Of a stretch of DNA of 41,561 nt, positions 36,388-41,561 are shown piece after piece. The notes beneath the pieces were generated by a model that searched no databases, was not told the origin of the DNA, and saw only the letters and a list, made by a program, of their open reading frames with translations. Every line of letters begins with the position of its first letter. Position 1 is the stretch's first letter. The DNA is from an uncultured delta proteobacterium. GTDB taxonomy: Bacteria; Desulfobacterota; RBG-13-43-22. The DNA lies in NCBI GenBank assembly GCA_963790475.1, contig CAWBOS010000004.1, positions 1 through 41,561 on the forward strand, given 5' to 3'. A program made the translations under genes and the position numbers.

Positions 36388-38085
36388 ATGAATTTAAAAG
36401 AAATTTTTCTCCTCCTTCAACCCCGAATCCTGGGGTTCAGAAACCGTCTCAATAAAATACCGGGGACGCGTTGGAAATTTCTGCTTTTTATCGCCATCGG
36501 CCTGGCCTTTTGGGCCGGGATTTTCTATGCCTTCTTCCGTATCCTCAGTTACTTTAACGGGATCCCGGGTTTCGGTGAAGTATTGTCCCGGAAGGTTTTA
36601 TCCATGATCCTGCTGACTTTCTTTACCATCCTTATTTACAGCCATTTGATCACCGCCCTTTCCAACTTTTTTCTTTCCAAGGACCTTTCCCTGATCCATG
36701 AAACCCCGGTCCCCAGGCTGACCCTGTTTTCCGCCCGATATCTGGAAAGCTTGTTCGATGCCTCCTGGATGGTCATCCTGATGGGCTTGCCGATCTTCCT
36801 CTGTTACGGGATTATTTTTCAGGCCCCGGTCGGGTTTTATATAAGTTTGCCTTTGATATTTCTCCCCTTCGTCTTTCTGGCCGGAAGCCTGGGAATTTTG
36901 ATCACCCTGTTGTTGACCGCATTTTTGCCTGTCCGCCGGCCCCGTGATCTGCTGGTGATCCTAAGTATCCTGATGGTCACCCTGTTGTTTATGGTCTTTC
37001 GTCTTATGCGGCCGGAGCAATTGGTCAACCCCGATCAGCTTTCCACTCTGGTCGAATATTTGGGAGGCCTGACCGCCCAGGAGTCACCCTATCTTCCCAG
37101 TTCCTGGGCTAAAGAGGCCTTCTGGTCTTTTCTGAAAGGAGATTTCTTTTCGGGGTTGTTGCCCTTAATGGTGCTGTGGAGCAGTACCTGGTTGGTATTT
37201 AACACGAATCTCCTCTTGGCCGAACGGTATTATTTTTCTTCCTATTCCCGAGCCCAGGAAGGGGCCTACAAAGGAGTCCAGGTTAAAAACAGGTTCGATC
37301 CCCGGTTGTGGAGGTGCTTACCCTTTTCTCCGGGGATGACCGGGATGATTCTGAAGGATGTGAAGACCTTTTACCGGGACAAGACCCAATGGTCTCAGCT
37401 TTTCATCCTGATAGTACTGATTATAATCTACGTCTATAATTTCAGTGTCCTGCCCCTTCACAGGTCTCCCTTGCCTACCCTTTACTTAAAAAATTTCATT
37501 GCCTTCCTGAATTTGGGGCTAGCCGGGTTTGTCCTGGCTTCAGTGGCGGTGCGGTTTGTTTTTCCGGCGGTCAGTGCCGAAGGCTATGCCTTCTGGATGA
37601 TCCGCAGTTCCCCCATTTCTTTAAAAAAGTTCCTCTGGTACAAGTTTATCTTTTACTTCATCCCCTTAATGATCCTTTCCGAGGTTTTGATTTATTTTAC
37701 CAACCGGCAATTGCAGGTCTCATCCAGCATGCAATGGATCTCCTCCCTGTCCATGATCAGTTTGGACTTCGGTTTGGTGGGTCTGGCTATCGGCCTGGGG
37801 GCCATGTATCCCCAATATGGTTCGGAGAACCTGGGACAGATGCCCACGGGTTTTGGCGGATTTCTTTATATGATTTTTTCCCTGGTCCTGATTGGATTGA
37901 CTATCGGCCTGGAAGCAGGTCCTGTCTATCGTTTGCTGATGACCGAAATTCGATCGATCCCCTTTTCAACCTTGGATCGCTGGTGGATGATTTCCTCTTT
38001 CGGAGGAGTACTCATCCTTCACCTGTTCACCAGTTGGTGGGCCATGAAAAAGGGAATACAGTCCATTAAACAAACCATAACCTGA
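36388..38085 (+). CDS. Putative ABC-2 type permease (duplicated membrane domain)
   Basis: Many hydrophobic helices; FLSKDL, KDVKTFYRD and VSAEG motifs; follows the ATPase. Confidence 0.85.
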   Translation: MNLKEIFLLLQPRILGFRNRLNKIPGTRWKFLLFIAIGLAFWAGIFYAFFRILSYFNGIPGFGEVLSRKVLSMILLTFFTILIYSHLITALSNFFLSKDLSLIHETPVPRLTLFSARYLESLFDASWMVILMGLPIFLCYGIIFQAPVGFYISLPLIFLPFVFLAGSLGILITLLLTAFLPVRRPRDLLVILSILMVTLLFMVFRLMRPEQLVNPDQLSTLVEYLGGLTAQESPYLPSSWAKEAFWSFLKGDFFSGLLPLMVLWSSTWLVFNTNLLLAERYYFSSYSRAQEGAYKGVQVKNRFDPRLWRCLPFSPGMTGMILKDVKTFYRDKTQWSQLFILIVLIIIYVYNFSVLPLHRSPLPTLYLKNFIAFLNLGLAGFVLASVAVRFVFPAVSAEGYAFWMIRSSPISLKKFLWYKFIFYFIPLMILSEVLIYFTNRQLQVSSSMQWISSLSMISLDFGLVGLAIGLGAMYPQYGSENLGQMPTGFGGFLYMIFSLVLIGLTIGLEAGPVYRLLMTEIRSIPFSTLDRWWMISSFGGVLILHLFTSWWAMKKGIQSIKQTIT

Positions 38086-38177
38086 TAGGGAAGACCAACC
38101 GAAACACGATTCGCCGATTGACTAATTGGCTGCATTAGTTTATTATTTTAAATATTTGATCCGGTTAAAAGGTGGTT

Positions 38178-38888
38178 ATGTCTTTTCGAAATCTATTCTT
38201 CTTGCCTTGCTATATTATCCTTACCATGGTGTTCAGTTTGGTGGCCCTTTTCACCACCTTATTTGATGCGAGTGGTAACCACTCGCATCGAGTTGCTGTC
38301 CTCTGGGCCAGGATTTCTTTGTTTATCGGCGGGGTAAAAACCACAATTTTCAACCAGGAAGTTCTCATTCCCGGCCAGTCTTATATCTTTGCCGCCAACC
38401 ATCGGAGTGCCTTTGATATCCCGGTGCTTCTTGCCAAGCTGCCGATTCAATTTCGTTGGCTGGCCAAAGAAGGCTATTTTAAAATACCCCTGTTTGGCTG
38501 GGCCATGAAACGAACCGGTTATATTTCCATCAATCGTTCCAATCCCAAGCAGGCTTATCAAAGTCTGATCGAGGCCGCCCAAAAGGTTAATGAAGGGACT
38601 TCAATAGTTATTTTCCCGGAAGGGACCCGGCAGGCAACGGACAAGTTGGGAGAGTTTAAAAAAGGGGGGTTTACTTTAGCCTTAAAATCAAAAAAACCTC
38701 TTGTTCCCGTGGCCATAAAGGGAAGCGGCCGGGTACTCTCTAAAGGCGAATATCGGATAACCCCGGGGACCGTAACCATTGTATTAGGAAACCCGATCCC
38801 CACCGAAGGTTATCAGAAAAAGGATGCTGAGATTCTGATGAAAAAGGTCAGGGAAGCGATTGAAGAGAATATGGCTAAAGATATATGA
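38178..38888 (+). CDS. plsC: 1-acyl-sn-glycerol-3-phosphate acyltransferase
   Basis: NHRSAFD (HX4D), FPEGTR, FKKGGF. Confidence 0.88.
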   Translation: MSFRNLFFLPCYIILTMVFSLVALFTTLFDASGNHSHRVAVLWARISLFIGGVKTTIFNQEVLIPGQSYIFAANHRSAFDIPVLLAKLPIQFRWLAKEGYFKIPLFGWAMKRTGYISINRSNPKQAYQSLIEAAQKVNEGTSIVIFPEGTRQATDKLGEFKKGGFTLALKSKKPLVPVAIKGSGRVLSKGEYRITPGTVTIVLGNPIPTEGYQKKDAEILMKKVREAIEENMAKDI

Positions 38889-38934
38889 GGACCGGCATTT
38901 TTTCCAAGAATCCAGAGTAAAAGGTAGGAAATAA

Positions 38935-40617
38935 ATGGACCAAGACACCTCGGTGCGAACAAAGGCTGGCCTGGAGATCATCCCCCTTGGAGGTTTGGGA
39001 GAGATTGGGTTGAATATGCTCCTGATTGAATATGAGGAGAATATTCTGATTATCGATGCCGGCCTGATGTTCCCGGAAGACTATATGCTGGGCATCGATA
39101 TTGTCATTCAGGATTTCAGCTATCTGTTAAAGAACCAAGAACGGATCAGGGCCATTGTCCTGACTCACGGCCATGAAGATCATATCGGGGCCTTACCTTT
39201 CCTGCTCAAAGAGATATCGGTCCCTGTTTATGGCTCCCGGTTTACCCTGGAACTGGTCAAGGAAAAATTGAAAGAACATCACCTCCTGGGACAATCCGAT
39301 CTACGGATGGTCTCCCCCAAAGAATTCCTGACCATCGGGCCTTTCCAACTGGAATTCATCCGGGTCACCCACAGCATCCCGGATGGTCTCGGCCTGGCTA
39401 TCCAAACCCCGCTGGGCACCTTGATCCATTCAGGGGATTTCAAAATCGACCAGACCCCTTTGGACGGCGTGATCACCGATATCAATACCTTTGCTGCTTA
39501 CGGGGCCAAAGGGGTGTTGGCCCTCATGTCTGATTCCACCAATGTCGAGCGGGAAGGACATACCCTGCCGGAAAAACGGATCGGCGAGACCCTGGACCAG
39601 ATCATGCGTGACTGTGAAGGCCGGGTTATCGTGGCCGTCTTTGCCTCCAACATCCACCGAATCCAGCAAGTGGTGAATTCGGCCGTCCGCTATCAGCGCA
39701 AGGTTGCTTTTAACGGAAAAAGCATGATTACCAATTGCCGGATCGCCCAGGAAATAGGGCTGTTAACTATTCCCCCCGGGGTGGAACTGTCACTGGGAGA
39801 GATGCTCCAACTGCCTGATTCCCGGGTTACCATGATCACCACCGGCAGCCAGGCCGAACCCATGTCCTCTTTGACCCGGATCGCCCGGGACGACCATAAG
39901 CAGATAAAAATAAAAAAAGGAGACACGGTCATCCTTTCCTCCCGCTTCATTCCCGGAAACGAAAAAGCTATTGACGGTCTGATCAATAACCTGTATCGCT
40001 TCGGAGCGGAAGTTATTTATGAAAAAGTTTCCGAGATCCATGTTTCCGGTCATGCCAACCAGGAAGAATTGAAGTTGATGCTTCATCTGACCCGCCCGAA
40101 ATATTTCATCCCCATCCATGGAGAATACCGCCATCTGGTCAAACATGCCCAACTGGCTCATAAGATCGGCATCCCTAAAGAAAATCTGATTCTGGCTGAA
40201 GACGGCCAGGTCATCCGTTTTGATCAGGAGGGAGGCCGGATTGTGGATCAAGTGGAAGTCGGCCGGGTCTTCGTGGATGGGAAAGGGGTAGGCGATGTAG
40301 GCAGTCTTATTTTAAGGGACCGGCGACACCTTTCCAATGAAGGGTTGGTAGTAGTCCAGGTAGTGCTGAACAACCAGACCGGCGAGCTTCTTTCCGGGCC
40401 GGACATCATTTCCCGAGGATTTATCTCCGAAGAAGAGTATCCTCAGTTGATCCAGGAGGCTAAAGAAATGGTCTTAGAGATCTTGTACCTCAGACAAAAA
40501 GAGGGTATAAAGGACTGGTCCGAGATTCAGGAAGAGATACGGAAGACCTTGAGGCGTTTTTTTGATCATTCTCTTGACCGCCGGCCGGTAGTACTGCCTT
40601 TGATCATACCGATGTGA
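38935..40617 (+). CDS. rnj: Ribonuclease J
   Basis: PLGGLGEIG, THGHEDHIGA, HSIPD, DSTN, HVSGH, PIHGE. Confidence 0.96.
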   Translation: MDQDTSVRTKAGLEIIPLGGLGEIGLNMLLIEYEENILIIDAGLMFPEDYMLGIDIVIQDFSYLLKNQERIRAIVLTHGHEDHIGALPFLLKEISVPVYGSRFTLELVKEKLKEHHLLGQSDLRMVSPKEFLTIGPFQLEFIRVTHSIPDGLGLAIQTPLGTLIHSGDFKIDQTPLDGVITDINTFAAYGAKGVLALMSDSTNVEREGHTLPEKRIGETLDQIMRDCEGRVIVAVFASNIHRIQQVVNSAVRYQRKVAFNGKSMITNCRIAQEIGLLTIPPGVELSLGEMLQLPDSRVTMITTGSQAEPMSSLTRIARDDHKQIKIKKGDTVILSSRFIPGNEKAIDGLINNLYRFGAEVIYEKVSEIHVSGHANQEELKLMLHLTRPKYFIPIHGEYRHLVKHAQLAHKIGIPKENLILAEDGQVIRFDQEGGRIVDQVEVGRVFVDGKGVGDVGSLILRDRRHLSNEGLVVVQVVLNNQTGELLSGPDIISRGFISEEEYPQLIQEAKEMVLEILYLRQKEGIKDWSEIQEEIRKTLRRFFDHSLDRRPVVLPLIIPM

Positions 40618-40726
40618 GGAAAGGGCAGGTATAAGGTCTCCGGTATACGGTTTTCCTTAAACCTCCTGCCTGCCCGCAGGCCTTGGACCTTAAACCTTAT
40701 TTTGCTATTATAACTGGAGCTGATCA

Positions 40727-41561
40727 TTGCCTAAAGAAGACCGTCCGCAAAAACCCATCTATTATGAAATCCTGGGGCTGGTCCTGGGAGCCGTGGGGAT
40801 ATTGATTCTCCTGGCCCTGATTTCTCATCACCCGGCCGATCCGTCTTTCAGTTCTCCCCAGATGGGTGATCTGCCAATAAAAAACTGGGTGGGAAAGATC
40901 GGTTCCTATTCCTCAACCTTCCTGTTTGAATCGTTGGGCCTGGCCTCCTTCTGGCTCAGTTTCATCTTTTTTCAACTGGCCCTCTATTCCTTTCGCAAAG
41001 ACTCCCTTCCTTCACCTGTCTGGCAGGCGACAGGATACGTTTTATTGATATTTTCTTTTGCGGCCTTACTTTCCCGAGGGGAACAAAATTTCCAATACTT
41101 CGGCTGGAATTTCCCCTGGGGAGGGATCCTGGGCCAACTGATTTTCCACTACTCCTCCCTGTTATTAAATCCGCCGGGGACCCATATTTTTTTGCTGGTT
41201 ATTCTATTGACCGGGTTTATCCTGATCACGCGGGTTTCCCTGGCCCGAGTAGCAGAGAGGCTTCATTCCCGGTTGTTGGATCAGACCAGCCGCCTGCGGG
41301 ATTCGTATCAAAAAAATAGAGAGCGAAAACGTAAAGTCAAGTCTTTAAAGGCGGAAAAAGAAATCCAGAAGGAAAAGAGGCCCACCCGCCGACTATCGTC
41401 CAAAGTCCGGTGCTCAAACCGGCCGCGCCTCTGCCCCGCCCCCAGCCTTAACAGGAACAATTCGTTTTCATGAAAGACCCCGGCGATTTTGAGCTGCCCC
41501 CCTTATCATTATTGGATACTTATGAGAAAAACGATCAGGAGGTCCAACAGCAAAGCCTGCT
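40727..41561 (+). CDS. ftsK: DNA translocase FtsK, 5' part (4TM region); runs off the window; frame break near 41380
   Basis: DPSFS, NWVGKIG and GGILG motifs; the downstream frame continues FELPPLSLLD; rnj-ftsK synteny. Confidence 0.85.

Overview
A 41.6-kb chromosomal window from an anaerobic bacterium; gene content and repeat style suggest Desulfobacterota/Deltaproteobacteria (inference). The housekeeping backbone is tRNA-Leu(GAG)-secG-tpiA-pgk, hppA, a PC4-like gene, paaK, sucCD, queH, hypA-hypF-(ATP-grasp)-hypCDE, an SDR/acyl-CoA dehydrogenase/GalT-like trio, a double-cubane cluster protein with its ATPase reductase, a MocA-like NTP transferase, transglutaminase-ABC, plsC, rnj and the 5' part of ftsK. 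Two minus-strand accessory islands interrupt it. Island 1 (about 10.78-14.2 kb) is an integrase-less integron cassette array (CALIN) with five attC-like sites; two are near-identical copies with a non-canonical ATT core, each attached to a tiny ORF-less cassette. Island 2 (about 21.6-25.9 kb) holds a deletion-fused HEPN-MNT gene, a GNAT gene, an orphan rfbD, a RAYT transposase remnant, a hydrolase and an HTH gene. Most toxin genes in the window are deleted or truncated while most antitoxins stay intact. Intergenic DNA is packed with at least four palindromic repeat families and paired heptamer arrays, some nested and some entering coding sequence. Single-base frameshifts in core genes near both window ends are most likely sequencing or assembly errors.
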